Source of the DNA: Eledone cirrhosa
Lineage: Eukaryota
Assembly (NCBI GenBank): GCA_964016885.1
Contig: OZ024744.1
Location: forward strand, 92,318,001 to 92,382,000
Reading direction: 5' to 3'
DNA length: 64,000 nucleotides
The position numbers and the translations under genes were made by a program. Of the stretch, positions 38,925 through 53,294 are shown piece after piece. The notes beneath the pieces are model-generated. The model was not told where the DNA came from, ran no database searches, and was given only the letters and a program-made list of their open reading frames with translations. The stretch's first letter is position 1. Every line of letters begins with the position of its first letter.

Positions 38925-41910
38925 TATAGTGTGTGTGAGTGTGTGTATAGTGTGTGTGAGCGTGTGTGTATGGTGTGTGTGAGTGTTTGTATGATGTGTG
39001 TGAGTGTGTCTATGGCGTGTGTGAGTGTGTGTATGGTGTGTGTGAGTGTTTGTATGGTGTGTGTGAGTGTGTGTATGGTGTGTGTGAGTGTGTGTATGGT
39101 GTGTGTGAGTGTGTGTATGGTGTGTGTGAGTGTATGTTGTGTGTGAGTGTGTGGGTATGAGTGTGTGTATGCTGTGAGTGTGTGTATGGTGTGTGTGAGT
39201 GTGTGTATGGTCTGTTTGAGTGTGTAGATGGTGTGTGTGAGTGTGTGTATGGTGTATGTGAGCATGTGTGTATGGTGTGTGTGAGTGTATGTTGTGTGTG
39301 AGTGTGTGGGTATGAGTGTGTGTATGCTGTGAGTGTGTGTATGGTGTGTGTGAGTGTGTGTATGGTCTGTTTGAGTGTGTAGATGGTGTGTGTGAGTGTG
39401 TGTATGGTGTATGTGAGCATGTGTGTATGGTGTGTGTGAGTGTGTGTATGGTGTGTGTGAGCATGTGTGTATGGTGTGTGTGAGTGTGTGTATGGTGTGT
39501 GTGAGCATGTGTGTATGGTGTGTGTGTGAGTGTTTGTATGGTGTGTGTGAGTGTGTGTATGGTGTGTGTTGGTGTGTGTATGGTGGGTGTGAGTTTGTGT
39601 ATAGTGTGTGTGAGTGTGTGTATGGTGTGCGTGGGTGTGTTTATGGTGTGTGTGAGTGTGTGTATGGTGTGTGTGAGTGTGTGTATGGTGTGTATGGGGT
39701 GTGTGGGTGGGTGTATGGTGTGTGTGAGTGTGTGTATGGTGTGTGTGAGTGTGTGTATGGTGTGTGTGAGTGTGTGTATGGTGTGTCTGAGTGTGTGTAT
39801 GGTGTGTGTGAGTGTGTGTATGGTGTGTGTGAGTGTGTGTATGGTGTATGTGAGCGTATATGTATGGTGTGTGTGAATGTTTGTATGATGTGTGTGAGTG
39901 TGTGTATGTGTGTGTGAGTGTGTGTATGGTGTGTGTGGGTGTGTGTATGGTGTGTGTGAGTGTGTGTATGGTGTGTGTGGGTGTGTGTATGGCGTGTGTG
40001 AGTGTGTGTATGGTGTGTGTGGGTGTGTGTATGGTGAGTGTGAGTGTGTGTATAGTGTGTGTGAGTGTGTGTATGGTGTGTGTGAGTGTGTGCATGGTGT
40101 GTGTGAGTTTGTGTATGGTGTGTGTGGGTATGTGTATGGTGTGTGTTAGTGTGTGTATGGTGTGTGTGAGTGTGTGTATGGTGTGTGTGAGTGTGTGTAT
40201 GGTGTGTGTGAGTGTGTGTATGGTGTGTGTTAGTGTGTGCATGGTGGGTGTGAGTGTGTGTATGGTGTGTGTGAGTGTGTGTATGGTGTGTCTGAGTGTG
40301 TGTATGGTGTGTGTGAGTGTGTGTATGGTGTGTGTGAGTGTGTGTATGGTGTATGTGAGTGTGTGTATGGTGTGTCTGAGTGTGTGTATGGTGTGTGTGA
40401 GTGTGTGTATGGTGTGTGTGAGTGTGTGTATGGTGTGTGTGAGTGCGTGTATGGTGTGTGTGAGTGTGTGTATGGTGTGTGTGAGTGTGTGTGAGTGTGT
40501 GTATGGTGTATGTGAGCGTATATGTATGGTGTGTGTGAGTGTTTGTATGGTGTGTGTGAGTGTGTGTATGGTGTGTGTGAGTGTGTGTATGGTGTGTGTG
40601 AGTTGTGTATGGTGTGTGTGAGTTGTGTATGGTGTGTGTGAGTGTGTGTATGGTGTGTGTGAGAGTGTGTATAGTGTATATGAGTGTGTGTATGATGTGT
40701 GTGTGTATGGTGTGTGTGAGTGAGTGTATTGTGTGTGTGAGTGAGTGTATGGTGTGTGAGTGTGTGTATGGTGTGTGTGAGTGTGTGTATGGTGTGTGTG
40801 AGTGTGTGTATGGTGTGTGTGAGTGTGTGTATTGTGTGTGTGGGTGTGTGTATGGTGTGTATGAGTGTGTGTATGGTGTGTATGAGTGTGTGTATGGTGT
40901 GTGTGAGTCTGTCTATGGCGTGTGTGAGTGTGTGTATGGTGTGTGTGAGTGTGTGTATGGTGTGGGTGTATGGTGTGTATGGTGTGTGTGAGTGTGTATA
41001 GTGTGTATGGGTGTGTGTATGGTGTGTGTGAGTGTCTGTATAGTGTGTGTGAGTGTGTGTATGGTGTGTGTGAGTATGTGTATGGTGTGTGTGAGTGTGG
41101 GTGTGGTATGTGTGAGTGTGTGTATAGTGTGTATGAGTGTGTGTATGGTGTGTGTGGGTGTGTGTATTGTGTTTGTGAGTGTGTGTATGGTGTGTGTGAG
41201 TGTGTGTATGGTGTGTGTGAGTGTGTGTATGGGATGTGTGAGTGTGTGTATGGTGTGTGTGAGTGTGTGTATAGTGTGTCTGAGTGTGGGTATAGTGTGT
41301 GTGAGTGTGTGTATGGTGTGTGTGTGTGTGTATGATGTGTACAAGTGTATGGTGTGTGAGAGTGTGTGTATGGTGTGTGTGAGTGTGTGTATGGTGTGTG
41401 TGAGTGTGTGTATGGTGTGTCTGAGTGTGTGTATGGTGTGTGTGGGTGTGTGTATGGTGTGTGTGAGTGTGTATAGTGTGTGTGAGTGTGCGTATGGTGT
41501 TGGTGAGTGCGCGTATGGTGTGTGTGAGTGTGTGTATGGTGTGTGTGAGTGTGTGTATGGTGTGTGTGAGTGTGTGCATGGTGTGTGTGAGTGTGTGTGA
41601 GTGTGTGTATGGTGTGTGTGAGTGTGTGTATGGTGTCTGTGAGTGTGGTGTGTGTGAGTGTATGGTGTGTGTGAGTGTGCGTATGGTGTGTGTGCGTGTA
41701 TGGTGTGTTTGTGTGTGTATATGGTGTGTGTGAGGGAGTGTATGGTGTGTGTGAGTGTGTGTATGTTGTGTGTGAGTGTGTGTATGGTGTGTGTGGGTGT
41801 ATGTTTGGTGTGTGTGAGTCTGTGTATGGTGTGTGAGTGTATGGTGTGTGTGAGTGTGTGTATGGTGTGTGTGAGTGTGTGTATGTGTCTGTATGTGTGT
41901 GTGAGTGTGT
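38925..41910. repeat. 21-bp minisatellite ATGGTGTGTGTGAGTGTGTGT
   Basis: Read directly; gives the 7-aa periodic HTIHTLT/HTPYTHS ORFs. Confidence 0.97.
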
Positions 41911-42209
41911 AGCAATTTGTCTTTTTGTATATCCGTATGTGTGAATGTGTGTTTGTGGGTATACATGTGTGGTGTGAATATGTGTGTATATGTGTGTATA
42001 TGTATTGTGTATATTTATGTTTGTAGGTGTATATGTGTGGTGTGGTGTGAATGTGTCTGTATGTGTCTGTAAGTGTAAGCGCATGCACGCGCGCGTGCTT
42101 GTGTGTGTATGTGTGAATACATATATGTATGTATAAGTCCAAATGTATGTGTGCATGTGTGTGTATGTGTGAGTGTATATGAGTAAAAACGTTTGAGTAT
42201 GTCAATGTA

Positions 42210-44355
<2,146 letters not shown>

Positions 44356-44408
44356 TTATAAACATTTATATTTGTTGAATTACCAACAAACTGAATATCC
44401 CTTCTGCT

Positions 44409-44479
<71 letters not shown>

Positions 44480-44665
44480 TATTATAATGAATTGACAGGA
44501 GGCTGGACTTGTGTCATTTCATTATAATATTTAACTCCGTACTAGCACCACCAACTAGAAAAACAAAGACGGTTGAACTGCTTTACGTTGAGTACTCTCC
44601 ATATTATTACATTAAGATTGACCATACGGAATTGACCAGCTCTATCCAGTGGTGAACCTTAAACC

Positions 44666-44697
<32 letters not shown>

Positions 44698-45140
44698 ACG
44701 GAGGAAATGTGGTAAGGAACCAGGTGGACCATAACGCACCAAAGTACTCAATACTTAGGGTAGTAGAGTAGGTAATAGGAACGAGTAGGACCCCGACGGC
44801 TGAGCTCAAGCCGTTTCGACGGCTAATTCTGGACTAAATGAACATTTTTATCCTGGTATTTGAATAGCCGAGCTTCTCAAGGGGTAATTCCATATATGGT
44901 CAAAGTGATTGTCACAAGGATTGGTCAAAAGTTTGTTGTTGAGGCATAATAATTCTATGATGGCAATTTGTGGAGGGAAGGGGTAGCTAAACCTGCCAGT
45001 AGGAGAAAGAGGGAGAGGGAGTGGAGGAGACCCATTCATGCGTTGATAGTGCCGACTACAGCTGGGCATAAGGTCAAAGAAGATACTAGGGAGGGGGAGG
45101 GGGAGGAAGTCGAAACAATAAGTAGAACAATAAGGGGTAA
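44698..45140 (-). mobile_element. Probable PLE 3'-terminal fragment carrying a variant hammerhead
   Basis: Non-coding, ends in (TA)n, contains a hammerhead fold; a relative lies at 32127-32290. Confidence 0.55.
44790..44885 (-). ncRNA. Type I hammerhead ribozyme, U3-A8 core variant with long stem II
   Basis: Minus strand: ACCCC-TTGAGAA-G..CGGCTATTC...GAATTAGCCGTC-GAA-ACGGCT tgagctc AGCCGT-C-GGGGT. Stems I and III are perfect and the cleavage triplet is GUC. Confidence 0.7.
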
Positions 45141-45159
45141 ATATATTAATAATATATTT

Positions 45160-45854
45160 CCACTGGTATTGTTTTAGTTCTCAATTTCCACATTTTTCCA
45201 ATTTCTATTTCCAGGTCATTATACTTGCTCAATTTTTCAAATGTTTTTATAGATACATTCTTGTCTATTGGAACAGACATATCAATTAGCAGACATACCC
45301 TCTTTTTAAAGTCCTTCAATATTATATCAGGTCTATTTGCATCTATTTTTCGGTCTGTTTGGATGCTAAAGTTCCACAAGATTGAGATGTGATCTTTTTC
45401 AAGTATGCGAGGTGGTTGATGCTCCCACCAATTCTTTTGGTGGGGCAGGTCAAAATGCTTACACATTATCCAATGTATGTATTGTGCAGCTCTGTCATGC
45501 CTGTTTAGGTATTTGGTTGGAGCTATAGGACTGCACATTGAAATTATATGATCAATGGTCTCTGGTGTTTTTTACATACACGGCATAATGGGCTGCATCC
45601 ATTTTTTATTATGTTGGCTTGGTAATATTTTGTTGGCAGACACTGATCTTGTGCTGATATAATCAGTCCTTCAGTCTCCGATTTCAGTCCAGAGGATGCC
45701 AACCATTGATGGGTTAAAGTTTTGTCAACATCAGGATTGTTAGCTCTTTCTGGGTATTTTCCATACAGAGGCTTTTCTTGCCCTTTCTTAGCCAGTTTCT
45801 GTAGCAGTTCTTTCTTTGCAGTTACTTTTACCTGCTTTTCTTTTTCTGTGTTTT

Positions 45855-45858
<4 letters not shown>
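45160..45858 (-). pseudogene. R4/Dong-clade LINE fragment (CCHC knuckle plus restriction-like endonuclease)
   Basis: GLKSETEGLIISAQDQ, CRVC..H..C, RHD, NRPDII, LLIDMSVP, EKLSKY. Abuts (TTA)n. Confidence 0.9.
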
Positions 45859-45895
<37 letters not shown>

Positions 45896-48800
45896 GGCGA
45901 CCTACGTAGGAAATAGTATTATCGTGAGCTCCGCAAAGGTTTGTTGTTTTCAGTTGTTTAAAATTGCCATTTATGGAAACATTTTATTGTTAACTGTATA
46001 TAAGTGCACATACATTATTTTCTGCAAAGGACACTCAAAAGGATTGGGGCCTTGAGCCCAAAATTTAAACTTTTATAATTATCAAACAAAAATTTATTTG
46101 AAAAAATCATGGACGACTCACAGTCACACCTTCGTCACAAACTAACACCTCACACCGACACCACCATTGTAAATATTACTACGTTTGCCAACACTAAAAA
46201 TATAATCAGTAGCAATAATTTAAACATGTCTCATGCAGACATTCATTTCCCGCCATGACAAATGATTGCCCTCAGGCTAAAAGGTTGATGCCACCTCCCT
46301 TACCCACCCCAGTGGCTCAACCATCAACACAACCAGCAGCAGAAATGGCAGCAACAACTGTAGCAGCAACAACAGAAACAACTGTAACAGCAACAACCCC
46401 AGCAGCAGTAGCAAAACAAACACCACCACCACCCAACGCGCCAGAACTAGCACCAGCGCCTACACTATCCACCACGCCACAACCAAAACAAACGCCTGTG
46501 GAGGATTTTCCACTCCCCGGCCTATCACAACTGGAGATAGATTGTGACGACGAGGAGTGGGAAACGGTATCAGGAAAAAAGAAAAAAAGAAACCCCCCCA
46601 AAAAATTCTCTTCCCTCCCCCTCCAAAAACAAAATACAGAGGGAAACAAATAAACTATCAAACAAAAATGTTAGGACAGCTATGCCACCATCCACACCAG
46701 CATCACCAACCCCATCAACCCAAACACCAACACCATCACCATCATTAACCCCAGCACCACCATCACCAACACCACAAAAGTCACCAAAAAGCGTAACAGA
46801 AACAAACCCACAACAAACGCAAACAAAACAAAACAACCAAAACGATACACACTACACAGCATTAAATTTGAACAACAACCAATTATTACAATACATCCAA
46901 CACAACGCCAGTATCACAGAAAAAGACTACACAACAACCCAAAAGTTCACACCACCTCCACACATACAAATCACTCGCATCACACAGAAAACCAGCGAGA
47001 CCAGAATCTCCGAAGCACGGGCCTTCGCACCGATCTTCGGCGGCTACGATGTGTACGCATCTCCTAGCCGTCCGGGATCGGGGGTAGGAGTTGCTGTGCT
47101 TTTTCGGAGAGGTTTGGATCTCGCCATACGGGCCATCTTCCTGGACCCAGAAGGTAAGTTGGTGGTGCTGGACGTGACCAGCGGAGAGGGGCAAGCTTTC
47201 AGGCTACTGGCCGTCTATGAACCGACAGGAGCAGGGCGGCCTGATTTCTTCCGGTGTCTGGAGACCTTTCTTGGAACGTCCGGTCTTTAGTGTTAGTGGG
47301 CGACTGGAACGGGATCTTAGATGCACGTTGGGACTGTGTGGGATTAGCGGATAGGGGAGGAGGGTGCAAGAGCCTCACCAACCTGCTCAGGCGTTTTGAA
47401 CTGTCTGACAGGTTCCGATTGGATTTCCCGAATGTGCCAATGTGGACTTGGACAAATCGCATAGGGTCATCCAGATCATATCTAGATAGAGTATTTTGTA
47501 GGGAAATAGATAGGTCTAGCTTAGGCTGCCCACAATTCAAGATAGTCAGCTACACGGACCACAAATTCGTGATCTGTGTGCTTGATATAGATAGCCTTCA
47601 TAGACGAGGACCCGGCTACTGGAAGCTAAACGCGTCCTTACCAGCGCGCAAGGCCTACAGAGACCGGATTAGCGAACTAGTTAAGCGGGCGTTGACGGGC
47701 GCCATCGTTAACAACAAGTGGTGGTTTGCTCTGAAAAGAGCGATTAGAATAGATTCCATTAGGTTTAGTAATGCTTTAGCAATAGAGAAAAATAGAGCAG
47801 AGGGAGAATTATTTAGAAAATTAGACGAGGCGCTTAGCAAAGGCATCGCGACCGACGTACTTGCGGCGAAATTGGCCCTTGACCAATTCTTCAATGCAAA
47901 GCACGAAGGCTGCGTTGTCAGAGCTAGGGTGCGTGCTCTCAGACACGAGGGGACGAAAGCCGTTCAATGGGCCCGAGTGGCGGAGGCGCGTCGTGGCAAC
48001 AAAGCCACGATCCGGTCTTTGGTGGACCACGACGGGCGCATGCTACTCGATCCCAGGCAAATGTGTGAAGCTTTTCAGCGACACTTCGCTCAGCTGTTCG
48101 GGGGCAGTGGCGGGCCGGGTCGAGGGATGGACTTTAGTGACTACCTCGACGGACTGCTGCGGCTCTCGGCCACTGAGGCGGAGTTTTGCAAAAAGCCGAT
48201 AACAACCGCTGAAGTACGGGAGGCAATGGCTAGCTGCACAAGGGGTAAATCGCCTGGTTTAGATGGTCTGCCCTATGAACTTTACGTACAGATGCCAGAC
48301 TTGTTCGGAGGTCACTTGGCGGACGTCTACTGCAACTGGCAACAAAACGGGAGAATTCCTAGCTCTGTGAGCCGAGGAGCTGTGGCGCTGCTGAGAAAGG
48401 ATCCGAACAAGAGGGATAACATAGGTAATTTCAGGCCCATAACTCTGCTAAACACAGAGTTCAAGATTTTGGCCAAGGTGCTAGCAAAGAGGTTGGCGCT
48501 TGTCGTTGGTGGTCTGGTGGTAGAGGCGCAGATATGCGCCATTCCCGACAGATCCATCCACGACAACCTCCACCTCATGCGATACATCGTAGAGAGGGTA
48601 GCTAGGGAACCTGGCACGGGTGGGTCCTTGATCAATTTAGATCAGTCGAAAGCTTTCGATAGGGTCGACCATCGTTACCTAGCGGCAGTCCTGAGCGTGG
48701 CTGGCTTTGGGCCCGTCTTCAGAGGCTAGATCGCTGCCATGCACAGCGACATCTGCTCTGTGGTGAGAGTGAACGGTCGGTCACCTTTCGGAACCGTTCA

Positions 48801-50553
48801 ACATCATGCGCTCGGTCCGCCAAGGATGTCTCCTCTCGTCTCTCTTGTACGTATTGACTCTCGAGCCATTACTGCACAAACTGGAGAAGTTGAGGGGTGG
48901 GTTCCGCGCGAACTAGGATGCGGAAGATCCGTGTTAGCCTATGCGGACGATGTCACCGTAGTGGTGTCAAACGCCAAACACATCGAGGCGATCGGCACTA
49001 CACTAAGAGAATACGAAGCGGTAACAGGAGCAATGATCAACCAGGAAAAGTCAGTGGGTCTGCAGCTCGGCACCTGGAGAGGCAGGTCCATGCCGTCCAA
49101 CAGCGTCGTCGGGCGCTGGACGGACGGACCGGTTAAACTGCTAGGGGTCTGGTTCGGTCCGGACCTCCAGACGGACAAAAACTGGGACGAGGTGACGAGC
49201 AGGGTGGATTCTCTCACCCAGAAATGGGCAGAGAGGAAGCTATTCCTGAAAGGTCGAGCGGAGGTGGCTAACGCGTACATCGCGTCCGTCATCTACTACC
49301 GCCTGACGGTCGTTCTTTGTCCTAAGTCCCGTCTGAATGCGCTGGAGCGTTTGCTCTCTCGCTTTTTGTGGAAGGGACGCGCTCCGATGGTCAGGCGGTC
49401 CATCTGCTGTCAACACCTGCTACGTGGAGGCCTGGGCATGCCGTGGCTGATGATGCGCAGACACTCGCTCAGGCTACGACATCTCCACCACCTTCTTCGA
49501 CGGTGATCAGGTGTGGTCGCCGTTTGCTAGACGCGTCTTTCCCCAGCTCGTCTCCTTGACGGAGCTGAAGTCATGGGTCAAGCGAAGACCGAGAGGGAGC
49601 GCTTGGAGACTGGAATGTCTTCAGGTTCTCACAGCCCTCGACCAATCGGGAAATGTGATCGGTGGAAACTCCACCTTGGCGTTCTATAGAGGATTAGTGG
49701 AGGGGAAGAGCGACGACGTACTTGGAGAAACTCTAGGCGTCGACGAAAATCAACTAGCCAATCTCTTCGGAAGAACTTTCGGGCAGGGTCCTTTGGACAA
49801 TTTCCAGAAATCCCTGGCCTGGCAGTGCTACCGAGGAGCTTTGCCAGTTCGGGATAAACTCTACAGGCATGGAGGTGCCGTCAGCCGGGGATGTCCGAGA
49901 TGCGCGCAGGGCGACGAAACCGTCCTGCACGCACGCGTCCAGTGTCCGAGCATTGCTGACTTGTGGGTTTATGTCGAACACCTGCTGTCGCGTGTAGGAC
50001 GGAGCTATCAGCTGAGTCCATCGTGAGGATTTCCCCGCCCTCTTCCTTTAACCGGGAAGGGCAGGCAGTTTTTATCTGTCTGGAGGCCCTGGCGAAAGAG
50101 ATAGTATGATGGACACGTTTGAAAGGGCTGAAGACGAGCACTTACCTCTTCGGTGATGCCCTGATTAACTTTTCAAATTTCATTTGAAAAGGAAAATCAG
50201 GGTAGAGAGGGAAGTGCTCTCTTCCCAGCATTTTGTTGAAAGATGGGTGAGAGAGGCAAGAATGGCCCGAGTGAATGGGCCTACTCTGAGTATGTGTCTG
50301 TAAATTAAAGGTGGAAAACTGGGAGAGGGCACTTGCCCTGGTGGTCAGGGTCACTGTGGCTTTTAATGAGCTTTCTCCACGAATGTCCCTCGGAAGTCTC
50401 CCCCCTATTGGGGAATTTTTTCATTGTTCTATTATTACATCCTCTGTTTTTTGTTTTTTTTACACGCAGAAATGCCCTTTTGTACCGTCCAGTATTGTCC
50501 TGTACTGTCCTTAATGTCTACTTTGTGTAAACCCTTATGGTTAATAAAGAAAG

Positions 50554-50554
<1 letters not shown>
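45896..50554 (+). mobile_element. Decayed, chimeric Tx1/L1-clade LINE
   Basis: Divergent partial ORF1 (~46110-46990) fused at ~46993 to an ORF2 highly similar to 53405-56714 but with frameshifts and a TGG>TAG stop at 48727. 3' UTR, AATAAA and (TTA)n flanks present. Confidence 0.93.
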
Positions 50555-50584
<30 letters not shown>

Positions 50585-50897
50585 TGCATTTATCTTGCTT
50601 TATGTTTATACGAGTTATCACCAAGTCACAACCAGTGACCTCAAGAGACAACAAGGTCCGCCATGTTCAAGAAAGAACACACATATTCACACATGCATCC
50701 TTAGTGTTTAGACTTGTGATGTACTTATATTGACAGGATCTTCCTTAGTATATGGGCAGTTCCCATTAGTACTATCTTTTGTATTTCTCCTATACGCGGG
50801 TTTCCTGGGATTTGCGATAAGTAGTCGTTAGACCCCTTAGGTATCATTCCCAGAGCGCCTACAACCACTGGTATTGTTTTAGTTCTCAATTTCCACA

Positions 50898-50902
<5 letters not shown>
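50585..50902 (-). mobile_element. R4/Dong LINE 3' end in (TAA)n
   Basis: KMWKLRTKTIPVVVGALGMIPK..IQKIVLMGTAHILRKILSI* plus 3' UTR; (TTA)n on both sides. Confidence 0.88.
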
Positions 50903-50949
<47 letters not shown>

Positions 50950-51162
50950 GAATGCCATGGTTGACGGAGGCTCGGCTCTGTAAGGTATAGTAATTTTTAA
51001 CCGTTAAAACAATTGTAAATTGTTTAAAACTTGAACCAAATTGTTGATAAAGACACCCTCCTCCTCGTGAGAGGGGTCTTTCTGTCCGTTATTTGGCCCT
51101 TCGGGGTTAAATAACCAGTTATTGGGGTTTTGTACCCAAAATTTCATTTTAAACAAAAAAAC

Positions 51163-53259
51163 ATGGCTACGAAAAAGAAATTTCATACGTCACTCCCACT
51201 CATTCCGTCTTCTTCTTCCTCAATCATCACTACGGCAGAGAGAAGATTGTCTCTCTCCCTCCCTTCTTTAAATGTGTCTCTCTCCCTCCCTTCTCTTTCG
51301 CAAGCGACGAAAGAAAAGAAAAGTCTCGTGCAAAGCGTGCAAGGTTTCTCCACGACGACGACGACAGCGACGAAACAGGTGTGCGGGAAATACGAAAACC
51401 CAGTTCATTCGTCTGACGTCAGGAATAATAGCAGTAGCAGCCGTAATAACAACAGCAACAGTGACAATGAAAACAACAGTAGCAGCCGCAACAGCATCAC
51501 CAGCAGCATAAACAACAACAGCATTAGCAGCAGCAACACCAACAACAACCACAGCAACAGCGGCGGAGGCAGTAGTCGTAGTACCTGCAGCAACAACAAA
51601 AGTACCAGCAGCTCTGACGACAACAACAACAGCAGAGAAAAACCAATCTCATTTGCAGGTATTGCGAAAAACTTGGAAACAATCCTCATAACAAATGAGG
51701 AATTAGAGGAAGCGAAGAAGATGGTGACAAAGAACGGACACCGAGCAATCTGCAAGGCAGCGAAAAATTTTTTCGAAACCCAAGAGCACTGTACGGTCAC
51801 GTACCGTACAGTAAGTACAAAATCCCGTAGGGTGGAAAGAGCCACAGAGGCCCAAATACAAAAAGCCTTGGGGTCTGTGTGGCAGAGGAAAACGCACATC
51901 ACCCGAGGCAAAAAATACGCCACCGTAGACGTACTTTTTGCCACACCCCAGGAGGCAAAGGCCCAATCAGTAGTGACCCTAAGGAGCGAGGAAATGGTGT
52001 TGGTGCCCTCCTACTGCGGGCAAAAAATTGTGAGGGTCAAACTGACCCACGTCCCCCCCGGAATGACCCCTTCTTGGCTGGCCGCGTCTGTCCTCGTCGG
52101 AATCGAGGACAAAACAACTGTACTGCAAGTACAGAAAAAAGTAAGAGAAGATTGGGTCGGCTCCTCCATTGAGATGCTAATCCAAACCAACCAGGAGTGC
52201 ATCGAAGCTATCCCGGATGTGATAGACTTCGATAACGGCACTCAACTGCCCATAAGTGTTGAGGGCAAACGCCCGAAATGCTTTCGCTGTGGATCGAAGA
52301 CTCACCTCAGGGCCTTCTGCAACGAGAAGACCCTGAGAAAGGAGAAAACCCCCCTCCTTCCGAATCCGACTCCACGGCTACCAGCAACAGGACAAGCGGC
52401 AACCAGGAACGATAGGTCCGTGGCACCCATACCCACTCCACGGAAATCAAAGACAGCAGCAGCAGTGGAAATATTAACAACAACAACAGCAATACCAAAT
52501 GCAGCTGCAACAGAGACTCCAGTGCAAACATCACCAACAACAACAAGTGAAAGAGTGGAGCTGGTACCCCTCCCCGACCTTACAGAATCAGACATGGAGT
52601 GTGAGGTGGGAGAGGGATGGCAAAAGGTCGCAAGAAGGCACAAACGCAGAAGCAGCGCATCGTCGCCTTTGAAAAGGGAGGAAAGAAATGAGAAAAGGGT
52701 AAAGTCTACTGCAAAGAGACCCACAGCAGCAACACCACCAACACCATCACCACCCACACCAGCACCACCATCACCACCGGCGACAACCCCACCGCCAACA
52801 ACACCTTCAACACCACCACCACAAGCACCAACATCGCAAACACAACAACAAAACACACACACCCAGCAACAACGACAAGAAAATAGCAGAACCACACCCC
52901 ACCCCCAGAAAAACAAATGCACGGCAATAAACACACACAACAAGAAACTAATGACTTACATAATTGAACACACAGACATTTCACAACAGGACTACATAAT
53001 ACCAGCACCAATCAAAACGCCAACTAACATAAGACTGCTAAAAATAGCACAGAATCAATACACAAACATTAAAACGAAATTCCCCAACGCAGTTGGTGAT
53101 TTCAGGGACCTAGGAGGAACCATTAATCGAAGAGTATATTCAGACATTCTCTTAGAAGAGCCGACGACCAGCCGAAGGGACGATTCAACGGTCCCTTCAC
53201 CAGACGATCAAGTGAAAAGGGATGTAAAAACCATCCCTCCTCTACCAAAAGTACGGTAA
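51163..53259 (+). CDS. LINE ORF1 (gag-like nucleic-acid-binding protein, 698 aa from the first ATG)
   Basis: Open frame with CCHC knuckle CFRCGSKTHLRAFC, SFAGIA and WQKV motifs, and low-complexity linkers; lies directly upstream of ORF2. Confidence 0.9.
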   Translation: MATKKKFHTSLPLIPSSSSSIITTAERRLSLSLPSLNVSLSLPSLSQATKEKKSLVQSVQGFSTTTTTATKQVCGKYENPVHSSDVRNNSSSSRNNNSNSDNENNSSSRNSITSSINNNSISSSNTNNNHSNSGGGSSRSTCSNNKSTSSSDDNNNSREKPISFAGIAKNLETILITNEELEEAKKMVTKNGHRAICKAAKNFFETQEHCTVTYRTVSTKSRRVERATEAQIQKALGSVWQRKTHITRGKKYATVDVLFATPQEAKAQSVVTLRSEEMVLVPSYCGQKIVRVKLTHVPPGMTPSWLAASVLVGIEDKTTVLQVQKKVREDWVGSSIEMLIQTNQECIEAIPDVIDFDNGTQLPISVEGKRPKCFRCGSKTHLRAFCNEKTLRKEKTPLLPNPTPRLPATGQAATRNDRSVAPIPTPRKSKTAAAVEILTTTTAIPNAAATETPVQTSPTTTSERVELVPLPDLTESDMECEVGEGWQKVARRHKRRSSASSPLKREERNEKRVKSTAKRPTAATPPTPSPPTPAPPSPPATTPPPTTPSTPPPQAPTSQTQQQNTHTQQQRQENSRTTPHPQKNKCTAINTHNKKLMTYIIEHTDISQQDYIIPAPIKTPTNIRLLKIAQNQYTNIKTKFPNAVGDFRDLGGTINRRVYSDILLEEPTTSRRDDSTVPSPDDQVKRDVKTIPPLPKVR

Positions 53260-53294
53260 GTGGTCTTTCCCATCTTTTCCACTCTATTTTAAAC

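Noticed and set aside
38876-42205. 1048-aa and other His/Thr- or Cys/Val-rich ORFs
   Set aside because: Stop-free translation of the 21-bp minisatellite, open in several frames at once.
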